DNA of 64,000 nt, taken from the NCBI RefSeq assembly GCF_006345805.1, contig NC_043007.1, positions 33,418,001 through 33,482,000 on the forward strand, given 5' to 3'. Below are positions 37,826 through 51,726 of the stretch, piece after piece; within the stretch, counting starts at the first letter, position 1, and every line of letters begins with the position of its first letter. The stretch comes from Octopus sinensis. Taxonomy: Eukaryota. The notes beneath the pieces are model-generated. The model did no database searches. It had not been told where the DNA came from and worked only from the letters and a program-made list of their open reading frames with translations. Position numbers and translations under genes: made by a program.

Positions 37826-38454
37826 CATCTGTTCTCTGTTCTCATACATATGAAGTATTGACAGCTTATGCTGAATGGCAGTAAAAAACAGTAGTGTTTA
37901 AATCTCATGATCAGCTAGAATGATCTTCAGTGCGGTGAAATAGTTATCGTAGGCCACACCTGGGTACTCATGTACCAAATATTTCATGGTTATATTCTAA
38001 TGTAGAACATAAATACTACCAGCTAGCTAAAAGGTTGAGAAAATGACTTAATTGAATAAATGTTTGTTTATATCATTTTTTAGAAAATGGGAAATTCCTA
38101 TTTATATATTTTATCACTGACTGATTCAGAAGTGCAAAAGAATTGTACATATATAATTATACACGCTCATTCTCATAAATAGGAATTTCCCATTTTCTAA
38201 AACATGATATAAACAAACATTTATTCAATTAAGTCATTTTCTCAACCTTTTAGCTAGCTGGTAGTATTTATGTTCTACATTAGAATATAACCATGAAATA
38301 TTTGGTACATGAGTACCCAGGTGTGGCCTACGATAACTATTTCACCGCACTGAAGATCATTCTAGCTGATCATGAGATTTAAACACTACTGTTTTTTACT
38401 GCCATTCAGCATAAGCTGTCAATACTTCATATGTATGAGAACAGAGAACAGATG

Positions 38455-38496
<42 letters not shown>

Positions 38497-38692
38497 CAGA
38501 CATATGTGTATACATTGCACATGTACTCACACACGTGTGTGCATATGTGTTGTGTGTTATGTGTTTGTGTGTTCATGTGAAACCTAGCATATATAATTTA
38601 GTTAGGAAGCACCATAAAGTTATAATTTAACAACTGGCTTCTATGTCTGCTTTTGCTCCCAGGCCAATGCATTGAAAGAACAAATAACTCTC

Positions 38693-38734
<42 letters not shown>

Positions 38735-39486
38735 TCGCCATGACAGATCGTTAGCTACTACACACATTTTTTCTCTCCTCGTTTTTTTCTGTGTCCCTTC
38801 TGTAGAAGAGTATAGGCTCAAAATGTAAAAGACTTTTTCTATTCCTGAGCGTTATACTAATACATTTGTTTGTTTTGTACACCACCTGTCTTTGTCTTTT
38901 GTTTTTTTCGTAAACTCTCCCTATATATATATATATATATATAATATATATATATATAGGCAGAGGTGTGGATGCGTGGTAAGAAGCTTGCTTCCCAACA
39001 ATGTGGTTCTGGGTTTAGTCCCACTGTGTGGCACCTTGGACAAGTGTATTCTATTATAGTATCAGGCCAATCAAAGGCGTGTGAGTGGATTTGGTAGATG
39101 GAAACTGAAAAAAAGCATGTTGCATATAATATAGCAGTTGCATCAAACTCTCTCATTCACCAAATGTCAATTCCTGAAAAGCATTTGTGAAGATGGTTTT
39201 TAGTCAAACAAATCAACCCCGTTAACTGTTTTTTTCATCAATACTGCAGTTCACATTCCATTGTTTTGTTATGTGATCTGTAATAATCTCAGGTCTACAA
39301 TAAATGATTACCATTTAATGCCTTTTTTTGAGAACTTTTCTCTCTTGAGCAAAATTCAAATGTGCACACACACACACACACACACACAGATACATATATG
39401 ACTCATGTGGAGCATTTGAAACTTTTGCTGATTAAATAGAAAAAATATGCATTGTCATGATTTGAATTCTATTTTACTGTATCGTC
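36776..39486. repeat. 2.7-kb palindrome: about 1.3-kb arms, 69-nt spacer (38106-38174)
   Basis: 36776-38105 is the reverse complement of 38175-39486 apart from (TA)n length changes, one indel of about 25 nt and a few substitutions. Confidence 0.95.
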
Positions 39487-40879
39487 GTGTATTTGTATAT
39501 ATGTGTGTGTGTGTGTGTGTGTGGCTGTGTGGTAAGTAGCTTGCTTATTAACCACATGGTTCCGGGTTCAGTCCCACAGCATGGCACCTTGGGCAAGTGT
39601 CTTCTACTATAGCCTCGGGCCGACCAAAGCCTTGTGAGTGGATTTGGTAGATGGAAACTGAAAGAAGCCCGTCGTATATATATGTTTGTGTGTCTGTGTT
39701 TGTCCCCCAACATTGCTTGACAACCAATGCTGGTGTGTTTACATCCCCGTAACTTAGCATTTCAGCATAAGAGCCCAGTAGAATAAATACTAGGCTTACA
39801 AAGAATAAGTCCTGGGGTCGATTTGCTCGACTAAGGGCGGTGCTCTTGCATGGCCCTAGTCAAATGACTGAAACAAGTAAAAGAAAGAAACAAAGATATA
39901 TATATATATATGGGCAGGCTGGATTAAGAAGCCCTGAACACTTGAAAGATTGTGGTGCTTTCATCTATATGCAATTCAAAATATAGACAATAATAAACCA
40001 CAGTATAAATTTTTATTCTGCAAAATGAAGCATGATTAACTTAGTAGAAATAAGACATCCTCAACATCATTTTAGAAAGTTTAAGATGATTTCTTTTGTG
40101 TTGTAAACCATTTACTTTTTCTATGGTGCCCCACTTCTCTTATGCCCTAAGCACATACTTATTTTGCCAAATAGTTAATCCAGCATTGTTATGTGTATGT
40201 GTCTGTGTGTGTGTGTGATTATACATATGCACATACAAGCAAACACATATAGTTTGTTTTTGCATCTGTTTTGCCATGGGTTACAAGAATATATTATTGA
40301 GGCATCACTATCTACAGTTAGTTGTGAAACCCTGTGCACTGCTGTCACTAAACCTCACCTGTTTTTTCATGTAAGGGATCTCTTATTCCACACACATTCA
40401 AAAGCATGAAGCTAGCTAACAGTCTTTAGATATAGGAGAGAACAGCATTACTTCATGCAGTTCAGTGGTTTTCAGAGCAGTGCAAATGTAAATATGTACA
40501 CAGATGCATGTATATGCATATACACAAATAAATACATACCCATAAACATATCATACAACCACAATAATATTTACACAGACACATACTTACATGCACAAAA
40601 TGTATATCTACAATAGGCTTCATTCATGTTCTGCCTACTACATTCACTCACAAGCTGTTTGCCCACCCTGGGGCTATAGTAGAGGATGCTTGCCAAAAGT
40701 GCAGTGAGACTGAATCCCATGCCATATGGTTGAGAGTATACTATAAATGCATAAGACATGTAGTGGGTCCACAGGTAGGCTGACAGCAAAGTTAATCTTT
40801 GGAGATATGCCTGCTCTACTGCACAAGAATAATTAGCTATAATAATACACACAAAATAATTCTTTTAAATTTCTGCTTG

Positions 40880-41440
40880 AAAAGCTCACAAAAAATAGTT
40901 GATAGCTTTTGTTACCTGGGTGCTATAATTAGAAGTGGAGGTGAGTGAACCAGAAGCATACCCAGCGTAAGAACAGAAAAAAAAGAGACATTTCAGGGAA
41001 GTATTACTTCTAGCAAAGAAAATATTTGCCCTGTAAAGGGTGAATTGCATGATGCTTTTGTGTGAAATGTGATGGTGTATGACAATGAGATATGGGCCTT
41101 AAATGCAAAGGATTTACAAGACTAGAAACAGGTGAATGAACATGCTTTGATGTATAATGTTAGAGTGCATGAAAGATGGAGTACAAAATACATGTGCATG
41201 CAAGTAAGAAGACTGCGCTGATACAGATATGTGGATGATGACAGTTACTTGAAGATGTGCCAAGCACTCTTAGTGGATGGAATCTTCAGAAGAGGGAGAC
41301 CTGTGAAGTTATAAGCAAAAGAATGAATAAAACTGATCTCGAGTCATGATCGAGATGACGAAGGACTGCGATAATTGGAGGCATGCAAACTGGGGAAGAC
41401 ATACCAATGCATGCTAGCATGGTAAAACAAATAGTAATGT
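40880..41440 (+). mobile_element. RTE LINE 3' end remnant
   Basis: DSFCYLGAII.SGG..., degenerate C-terminus, then ATGCTAGCATGG...GATGAT tail shared with the Nin-like SINE. Confidence 0.75.
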
Positions 41441-43586
41441 GATGATACTGATAAGCCAGCGAGCTGGCAGAAATGTTAGTATGCTAGTTGAAATGCTTAG
41501 CATCATTTTGTCTCTCTGTACATTCTGAGTTCAAATTCCACCGAGGTCATCTTTGCCTTTCATAATTCTGGGTTTGATAAAATGAGTACCAGTTCAGCAG
41601 TGGAGTCAATGTAACAGCAGTGGGGTCGACTTAACCCCCTCCCCCGAAATTGCTGGCCTTGTGCCAAAATTTGAAACCAGCATGATGGTGCTGATGGAGG
41701 CAGAGAAATATTCACATTGATCTCTCACAAACCGTGCCTCAATTATTGTCTCAAGCTACTGAAACCCATTCCCCTTTTCTATACTCTCTCACCTCCCTTT
41801 ATTCCTCATGCACTTTCCTATCCCCTGTTTTATGCTGCCTGTAAAACGAAGAATGTTATGGGACCTGTACATATTCAAATTTCCCCTGATCATTGCCCTT
41901 ATCACTGTACCATTTATTTTTCTCATTATGATAACTGCATATAATATAAAATTGCATCAGGTCTGTTTATATTAAACACACCCAGCCATCACCCACCTGT
42001 ACAGTAAACCATCAATCCCTCTCCATCAAGTCACTCCTTATTGATATCCATCATTCATTCTTAACCATGCTCCAGCTCTACAACAATCCATCAATCACTT
42101 ACTCTCTCTCTTTCTCTTTTTCTCCCGTCTACAAACATGTAGCTGTCATCACTACCTCTCTCTCGTTAATTCCTGTCATTGCTGTCTCTCTCCCATTACT
42201 CCCTGACATATACTCTTCTCCCTCGAATCATACTGCTACTCACGCCATACTCCTGCTCCTTTCATCCTTTCACCCTTGCTAATCTTCTATCATCAGTCAC
42301 ACTTTCATCTGTTCATATTCCTGGGTGGCAGACTCCACCCTTAAGCATTCAGATTATTCCGTTAAATGTAATATTTAATTATTCAAATAATTTTGAATTA
42401 ATCATGCGTCTTTTGATAGTTTTGTGCTTTCGATGATGTGATTGTTTATTTTTAGAATTACCATGTAGGACAGGTGTAAGAGGCCAGAGCTGATCAGTTT
42501 CACCATAATACAGGTAGCATGTTTGGGCCGGATTTGACCAGATTAAATGCTAAAGGATTAATCCAATGCTAATTCTAGCATTACCACTGTCTTGTGTCTC
42601 ACTGTGTATCAAGTAGTTGGTCAGTCTAAAGATAATGTTTCCCTTTATTTATATGTGTCGTTATGTATACTCTTACTCGTTACTCTTTTACTCTTTTACT
42701 TGCTTCAGTCATTTGACTGCGGCCATGCTGGAGCACTGCCTTTAATTGAGCAACTCGACCCTGGGACTTATTCTATCGGTATCTTTTGCCAAACCACAAA
42801 GTAACGGGGACATAAACACACCAGCATCAGTTGTCAAGCAATGGTGGGGGGACAAACACACACATGCATATATATATATATACATATATACGACAGGCTT
42901 CTTTCAGTTTCCGTCTACCAAATTCACTCACAAGGCTTTGGTCGGCCCAAGGCTATAGTAGAAGACACTTGCCCAAGGTGCCACGCAGTGGGACTGAACC
43001 CGGAACCATGTGGTTGGTAAACAAGCTACTTACCACACAGCCACTCCTGCACCAATGTGACACTAATTACCTAGTATTGTTGGATGCGGAGATCATGAAT
43101 GAGACCAGCTTGTGATCATGCTGGTTTGATGAGGCTACTCTGTCACCTGTTTCAGGACCTGCTACATGGTCCTGAAACAGGGTAAAAGCATTGCTCTTTC
43201 TTCTCCAGCAAAGTTATTAATATACACGTGCGTGTATCTGCATGCATGTATGTACATTTGTGTGTGTTTATATGTATGAATGTGTGTGTATATATGTATA
43301 TACACATACACATGTGTGTACACACACACACACACACATATATATATATTTTTTTTTCTTTACTACCCACAAGGGGCTAAACACAGAGGGTTCAAACAAG
43401 AACAGACAAAGGGATTAAGTCAATTACATCAACCCCAGTGTGTAACTGGTACTTAATTTATCCACTCCGAAAGGATGAAAGGTGAAGTCGATCTCAGCGG
43501 AATTTGAACTCGGAACGTAGCGACAGATTAAATACGGGTACGCATTTCACCCGGCGTGCTAACGTTTCTGCCAGCTCACCGCCTTT

Positions 43587-43623
<37 letters not shown>

Positions 43624-43716
43624 CATCATATGTGTGTATATGTGTGTGTGTATATATATATATATATATTATATATATATATATATACATACATACATAC
43701 ATATATATCCTATATG

Positions 43717-43791
<75 letters not shown>

Positions 43792-43856
43792 CAAATGTGA
43801 TGATTGAGGAAGCAATAAAAAACATTTGTAACAAAGTCAGAAATATAGCAACTCAC

Positions 43857-44066
43857 CAGAAATTTTATCTTTCGAATGATTATATATTTTGGTCACAGAG
43901 AGAAAATGTAGACGAGAGGTAATCCTAAAGGCATCAGCATAGTATGTCACAATCAGAGTGAATAACGGTTGAAAAGATAACCCGCCAAGGTGGACGGGTG
44001 CATTAGACAAAGGAGCAACGTTTTGGGTGGAGTCAGCAGAGTTGGTGAAGAAAGTAAACATTTCAA
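43857..44066 (-). CDS. Candidate coding exon (phase 1-1, 210 nt), product unknown
   Basis: Acceptor aaaatttctccag, donor CTG|gtgagt, inside a 106-codon non-repetitive ORF: EMFTFFTNSADSTQNVAPLSNAPVHLGGLSFQPLFTLIVTYYADAFRITSRLHFLSVTKIYNHSKDKIS. No homology recognised. Confidence 0.35.
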
Positions 44067-44323
44067 CTGGAGAAATTTTGACTTTATTGTAACTCCTGCA
44101 TATATACGCTGTAATCAATTCATTTAGCTTTGACTGAGAGCTGAAATGAGCTTTCAATAACAGTATATAGCTGATAATTTATTAACTAATTACTTTACAC
44201 TGCTTTTCTGTGGCTCTACTGTAGTGTTTATATATATATTTGTCAAGCCTGTGTTAGTCTAACTACTGTTCTTTTAATTTATCTATGTTTTCAACATTGC
44301 TGCTCAACCTACACAAACACATG

Positions 44324-44354
<31 letters not shown>

Positions 44355-45458
44355 ATATATATATATGTGTGTGTGTGTGTGCATCTTCCCATGCTTTCTT
44401 GCTTTCTCTTTCTCCTACTCTTTGCATTTATCACCATCTCTTATAGTTCTACCCCTCTTTTGCTCTCACTTTCTCTCACACTCCTCTCTCTCTCTCTCTC
44501 ATTCTATCCTCTTTCTTTTTCTTTGCTGTTCTCTTTTTGCCTTTTTTTGCCACACCCTTTTCCATCCAACTACATCAATAAATGTCAGCCGCCAAAAGGA
44601 GGGGCTGCAAAAGACATGGATACTTCCTTTCCATTTTCTTTAACTCTATAAAAGCAAAATTTTAAAAAATATAATTCATAAATTTTTCTTTAAATTAAGG
44701 GCAGAATAAATTTTCATTAAAGTTAGGGCAGAATTGTTAGCTCCTTGGTTGAAATGCTTTGTGGTATTTCATCCTTCAAGGCGGCGAGCTGGCAGAAACG
44801 TTAGCACACCGGGCGAAATGTTTAGCGGTATTTCGTCTACTGCTATGTTCTGAGTTCAAATTTTGCCTTTCATTCTTTCGGGGCCGATTAAATAAGTACC
44901 AGTTATGCACTGGGGTCGATATAGTCGACTTAATCCATTTGTCTGTCCTTGTTCATCCCCTCTGTGTTTAGCCCCTTGTGGGTAGTAAAGAAATAGGTAT
45001 TTCATCCTTCCTTACATACTGATATAAATTCCTACTGAGGTTGACTTTGCCTTTCATCCTTTTGGTTTTGATAAAATAAGTACCAGTTAAGTACTGGAGG
45101 TGATGCAATTGACTTAACTACTCCTGGGTATGAGTATAAAAATCACATCCCTCTACCAAGCCACATCAAGCCAGTGTGACAGAGTAGCCTCATCAAACCA
45201 GCATGATCTCAAGCTCAAATTCATGACCTCCACATCCAACCATACTTAGTGGAGAGAACATGCTGAGGCCCTATTGCTGTAGTGGACTGAACATAGGTAA
45301 TACAATCCAATCTAAGGGAGAGTGAATTTTAAGGATCAGTGATTAGTTCCATTTTCTTGACAATAAGCAAATGCATGATAAATCTCTCTCTAGAAAAGAC
45401 ACTTATCTATTATGTGTAACATTACTGTATTGGTCTGTTATGTTATTCTTTACAAAAG

Positions 45459-45564
45459 CTGTGAGAACTGGTGTAATATAGAACAGTGTTCTAGCAAGAA
45501 TTACAGCATGGATGAGATGTAATTCTTGCAAGAACACTGTTCTATATTACACCAGTTCTCACAG
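45459..45564. repeat. 106-nt hairpin, 47-bp arms with 1 mismatch, 12-nt loop
   Basis: CTGTGAGAACTGGTGTAATATAGAACAGTGTTCTAGCAAGAATTACA-gcatggatgaga-TGTAATTCTTGCAAGAACACTGTTCTATATTACACCAGTTCTCACAG. Confidence 0.95.
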
Positions 45565-45849
45565 TCCTTAATACACATCCCTCAAAAATCGATGGACTGG
45601 TCACATCTAGAATGACTTTGATAATAAGTCTTGCTGGATTAAAATTGTTCTGAGGCTAAATTACTACAACAATAACAACAGCAGTGACAATATCCAGTCT
45701 GTTACAGGTAACAATAGAGCATTGATCTGGTATCTCATTTCCACCCAGACCCAGGTGGTCTGAGGAAACATTTATTAACTATTCAAATCCGGTGTGAACA
45801 TTTGAGGCAGTATTACTTTAAAATAGCCCTTAATACGTCATACTTAATG

Positions 45850-45897
<48 letters not shown>

Positions 45898-46639
45898 TAC
45901 ACACACACAATCGGTAGGCTAGCCAAAAGTACAATAAATATCAGTGAGGAAGCAAAATCACCCCAGCAATGGCTTGTGAGAAACTCAGATGCATTAAGGT
46001 CTTTTTAGGCCCTTTTCAATAGCATGTACAGGCAGCCTCCCAAAACTTTGTTGCCTCTGATATAGGAAACGGAATAAAATGAAAAATCCACTGATGTTGT
46101 AAACAACTGCTTGGCTGACCTGTAGAAGGACAAATGACCAGCGACCGAGACCTTTGGAAATATGCTGTACGTGAGAAGACCAGGCAGGACAAGTGAGCCC
46201 AGCCCACTTATGCATGCCTTTCCTCCCTTGGACACAAAGACCTGTTGAGGCACCAGCCTCACCTGACACCTGTGCGGGTGGCATGTAAAAAGCACCCACT
46301 ACACTCACGGAGTGGTTGGCGTTAGGAAGGGCATCCAGCTGTAGAAACATTGCCAGATAAGACTGGAGCCTGGTGCAGCCTTCTGGCTTCCCAGATCCCC
46401 GGTCGAACCGTCCAACCCATGCTAGCATGGAGAACGGACGTTAATCGATGATGATGATGATGATGATGATGAATACTCTTATCATCATCATCATCGTTTA
46501 ATGTCCGTTTTCCATGCTGGCATGGGTTGGATGGTTTGACTGGGGGTCTGGGAAGCCAGGAGGCTGCACCAGGCTCAATCTGATCAGGTAGTGTTTCTAC
46601 AGCCAGATGCCCTTCCTAACGCCAACCACTCTGAGAGTG

Positions 46640-47010
46640 TAGTGGGTGCTTATTAAGTGCTACTGGCACAGGAGCCAGAGGGAGCTGGCATCGACCATGC
46701 TTTGGTGGTGCTTTTACATGTCACCAGCATGGGAGCCAGAAGGGGGCTGGCATCAACCATATTTGGATAGTGCTTTTATGTGCCACTGGCATGGGAGCCA
46801 GAGGGGGATGGCATCAACCATGCTTTGATGGTGGTGCTTTTATGTGCCACCAGCACAGGAGCTAGAGGGGGCTGGCATCAACTATGCTTTGATGGTGCTT
46901 TTATGTGCCACCATCACAAGAGCCAGAGGGAGCTGGCATTGACCATGTTTGGATGGTGCTTTTACGTGCCACCAGCACGGGAGCCAGTCAAGGCAGCACT
47001 GGCATCTGCC
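46640..47010. repeat. About 60-bp internal SINE minisatellite, about 6 copies
   Basis: GGAGCCAGAGGG(A/G)GCTGGCATC.ACCATGCTTTG.TGGTGCTTTTA recurs about every 60 bp. Confidence 0.85.
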
Positions 47011-47544
47011 CATTAAAAACTCGGTGATATATATCTACCTACAAGTAGAGCTGAACTCACAACCTACATGATTCTATTTCAAGTTACGGCCATATGAACA
47101 CGCACAATGAAAAAATTATGATATTCTGTCCCAGAGAAATTGAGCTATATATCTAACTACATATAAAACTGAACTCACAACTCACAAAATTTCAGTTCAA
47201 CAGACAGCCTGGTGGACAAAGTAAAAATGTAACATTTTGTCCCAGCAAAACTTAATAATAAATACCCTAACTACCTTCAGTCGGAACTGAAATCATGATC
47301 AGTTTTCCTTTACCTATGCACCTATCTTACCTGTACATGCTGATTACTCTGTGTGTTGTTCATTGTGTTATAAGATTACAAATATAATCACTGTTCATCC
47401 AAGACATCTGTGGGAGGTCATGTAATTAAATAAATCTCTTGTTTCACTTTCTCTCTCTCTCAGTTGTTTCTGCACCAGATTTTTACATTTCAACTTAACA
47501 TCAACAAACTCATGTCAACCTGTTTGTCTTGCGCTGTTGGTGCT

Positions 47545-47990
47545 GTCCCCCTTCCTTTCTTCTTCTCCTTCTTCTCTTCCTTTTCCCTCCTTCTCCTCCT
47601 CCTCCTCCTCCTCCTCCTCCTTCCCTTCTTCTGATCCTCCTTCCTATCCCTTCTTTCTACTCCTCCTTTCTCTTCTTCTCCCCTGCCCCTCCTCCTCCCC
47701 TGCTCACCCTTCTCCTCCAATCCCCCCCTCCCCCCTCCGCCTTCTCCTTTTCATCTCCTCCTCCTCCTCCTCCCCTCTGCCTTCTCCTTTTCCTCTCCTC
47801 CACTTCCTCCCCCTCCCCTCCTCCTTTTCATCTCCTCCTCCTCTTCCTCTTCCTCCTCCCCACTTCTCCGCTTCCCCCTTCCATCTCCCCTTGTCCCCCT
47901 CCCCTCCCGTCCTTCCTCCTCCTCCTCTTTCCCTACTACCCATCCCACTGCCTGCTTTTCGCTTCCCCTTCTTGTCCTATTCTCCCTACA
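47545..47990. repeat. Polypyrimidine (CCT/CTT) tract
   Basis: About 450 bp that is almost purely C/T. Confidence 0.95.
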
Positions 47991-48521
47991 TGTGTCTTGT
48001 TCCACCTGTTCATTTTGGTTTTCATTCTTTCGTCTGCTTCTTCATCATCATTGCCTTCATCAGCTTCCTTAACATCACCCTCAATATTGTCACCACCACG
48101 AACAACAACAACAACAACATCAACTGGTCATTCAACACTTTTGATAATATACTCTCCTGGACACACAGTGACTTTAAAGAAAATATTTAGACAGAAATCT
48201 TTTGATCATAGGTCTGTTTGCTAGTGTAGAGTTCACCTGGAGTTAGATGATAAAAACAACAACAACAGCACTAGCCAACATTACCTCTTCTCATTTGCCA
48301 ACTAATCTTATAGTGTACTAAGTGCATTTTGTTGTAAAGTATTACTAGTACCACTACACTGTATCCTCATCGGGCCGACCAAAGCCTTGTGAGTGGATTT
48401 GGTAGACAAAAACTGAAAGAAGCCTGTTGTATATATGTATATATATATATGTGACCTCGTGTGTACCGTTGGCGATTTTTTTTCCTCTGTCTTCCTTTCT
48501 CTGGATCTTTCCTTCTCCTAT

Positions 48522-48556
48522 GTTTCCGACGAAGAGCTCCGCTCGAAACGTTAAAC
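48522..48556 (+). ncRNA. Minimal hammerhead-like motif in a PLE fragment (about 48450-48650) inserted in the TA tract of a SINE
   Basis: gttt-CCGACGA-a-GAGC tcc GCTC-GAAA-C-GTT-aaac. Confidence 0.6.
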
Positions 48557-49339
48557 CCTCCTTCCTTCCTTCTTTCCTGAGCGTCCAATAATACTATATT
48601 TGTTCCACGTCCTCGTGTTGTTGTGTTTTTTTTGTGCTTTCTTGTTTGGATTAACTATATATATATATAAGTACGTGTGTGTATATGTTTGTGCATCTGT
48701 ATTTGTTCCCCTAACATCGCTTGACAACCGATGCTGGTGTGTTTACGTCCCCGTAACTTAGTAGTTTGGCAAAAGAGACCGATAGAATAAGTACTAGGCT
48801 TACAAAGAATAAGTCCTGGGGTCTATTTGCTCGACTAAAGGCGGTGCTCCAGCATGGCCTCAGTCAAACCACTGAAACAAGTAAAAGAGAGTACAAGAGT
48901 GTAAAGAGAGAAATCTTTTGATCATAGGTCTGCTTGCTTGTGTAGAGCTCACCTGGAGTTAGATGACAAAAACAACAACAATAGCACTAGCCAACATTAC
49001 CTCTTCTCATTTGCCAACTAATATCACAGTATACTAAGTGCATTTTGTTGTAAAATATTACTAGTGCCATTACATTGTACCTTCATCATTTTAAGTTCTA
49101 CTTTTCCATGCTTGCACGGGTCAGGCAGAGATTAGTGAGGCAGATTTTTCTACAGCCTGATGCCCTTCCTGTTGTCAACCCTCACCTATTTCCAAGTAAG
49201 GCACTATGTCCCAAGGCCCAGAGTTTTGAAAATGAATGACACAGCTTGTATAAATGACAACTATTTTACAGCTATCATGTAATGTTGAGGCAAAAAAACA
49301 CAAACATACACACACTCACAAATCCCTACATACAAACAA

Positions 49340-49372
<33 letters not shown>

Positions 49373-50136
49373 CATATATACACACACATATATATCATCA
49401 TCATCATCATCATCGTTTAACGTCCGTTCTCCATGCTAGCATGGGTTGGACGGTTCGACCGGGGATCTGGGAAGCCAGAAGGCTGCACCAGGCACCAGTC
49501 TTATCTGGCAATGTTTCTACAGCTGGATGCCCTTCCTAACGCCAACCACTCCGTAAGTGTAGTGGGTGCTTTTTACGTGCCACCTGCACAGGTGCCAGGC
49601 GAGGCTGTCAACGGCCACGGTCGGATTGGTGTATTTTATGTGCCACCGGCACGGAAGCCAGTCGAGGCGGCGCTGGCATCGGCCACGAGTCGGATAGTGC
49701 TTTTTATACATATATATATATATATATATAAGATTATTAAATATCCAAAGTTCTGAGTAAGTCCTTTTTCTTAATATATAAAATCTGTACACCACTTCAA
49801 ACAATCTATTTGTCGTCATCATCATTTCACGTCTGTTTTCCATGCTGGCATGGGTTGGACAGTTTGATGGGAGCTGGTAGGGCCAGGGGCAGCATCAGGT
49901 TCCATTATCAGATTTAGCATGGTTTCTATGGCTGGAAGTTCTTCCTAATATGAACCACTCTACAGAATGTACTAGGTGTTATTTACATGACATTAGTACC
50001 TGTGCTGTTTTACATGGCACCAGCACCAAGTACTTTTATGTGACACCGGCACCAGTGCATTTAACGTGCATCATCGCTGCTGCTTTTTACATGCCTTGAG
50101 CATCAGTGGTATTTACTTTACACCAGCACCATATAT

Positions 50137-50184
<48 letters not shown>

Positions 50185-50188
<4 letters not shown>

Positions 50189-50441
50189 ACAATCAAGGAA
50201 CGGCCATAATAGGCCATTCACCCACTAGAAATAACAGCCAAAGCTTCAACCGCAAATAAAAATTAATTCCGTAAACCAGGAGAAAATTTAAAAAACATTT
50301 ACCTGTAATTTCTTATATTACAGGGTAAATGTTTTTTAAATTTTCTCCTGTTTACGGAATTAATTTTTATTTGCGGTTGAAGCTTTGGCTGTTATTTCTA
50401 GTGGGTGAATGGCCTATTATGGCCGTTCCTTGATTGTTGAT
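50185..50441. repeat. Fold-back inverted repeat, about 125-bp arms, next to (TA)n
   Basis: ATCAACAATCAAGGAACGGCC... versus ...GGCCGTTCCTTGATTGTTGAT. Confidence 0.95.
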
Positions 50442-50542
50442 GTTGAACTTAAAAATGGTCTATGACTATTTAATTTTTTCCCACTAGGCCGCTGGTGGCA
50501 AAAAAATTCTACAAAATTTTTTTTTTTGCCACCCTATATTGA

Positions 50543-50584
<42 letters not shown>

Positions 50585-50744
50585 CTCTTATACTCTCTTT
50601 TACTCTTTTCTTTGTTTCAGCCATATAGTAGCTCTTTCTACTGTGTGTTTAAATTCATATTTATCTCTCACTGGATAGAGTACTTTTTTGTTTGTTAATT
50701 CTACTTCTATTGGATCTTTAGACTATATATATATAAGCATATAT

Positions 50745-50785
<41 letters not shown>

Positions 50786-51282
50786 GTATGTATAGACACG
50801 CAGAGCTTCTGTCCAATAAATCCACTGGCAAATTTTCAATTGCCCAAGACATGCTAAATAAAAATTTTCTTCTCTCTTCTATATATTTGTTCTTCATAGA
50901 CGGCAATAAAACAGAGTAAGTAAAAGAGAAGGAGATTGCAGAGGAACTAGGCTAAAGTGGAGAAATAAGCAAGATTAAGAAGGCAGAGCCAAGATGACAG
51001 GAATGACAGTTAGAAAGAGAGGGAAGAAAAAGCCTGCTTCACTATTTTTAAAACACCAGTAATAAGTGCCATTGATATTTGGCTGTCATTTCTAGCAGAT
51101 TAAATAACTGCATAGAAGCTCCTTGTTAAGTTTGTCTAGTGTTTAATTGTTAAAAATTTCTAGTTTCAGTTAGAGATTTATTATACTACACAGGTTAATG
51201 TGATATTTGAAATGTTTGTTTGCTGTTACTTCTCTGCTGATTAAATGAGATAAAGTTATACACACAAACACACACACACACA

Positions 51283-51340
<58 letters not shown>

Positions 51341-51486
51341 TATATATACATGTATATACAGATGCACACAGATGAAATAAAAACCTTTCAGGTAACAATT
51401 TATACTGTTTTATAATTATATAATATATAATTATGAAATAAGAATATATATATATGTATATATATATGTGTATACATATGTATATA

Positions 51487-51564
<78 letters not shown>

Positions 51565-51726
51565 AGAGTGTGTGTGTGTGTGTGAGTGTGTGTGTGTGTG
51601 TGTGTGTGTATGTATACAGATATAGGGTGAAAGATAATTAATTTAATAAAATCAACAAATTTCACCTAGTAGTTTTTCGGTATGGAAAAGGACCATATTC
51701 GGTAAAAACTTATACAAAAAGTTCTT

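Noticed and set aside
47490-48224. Pro/Ser-rich and Arg/Glu-rich ORFs
   Set aside because: Translations of a polypyrimidine tract.
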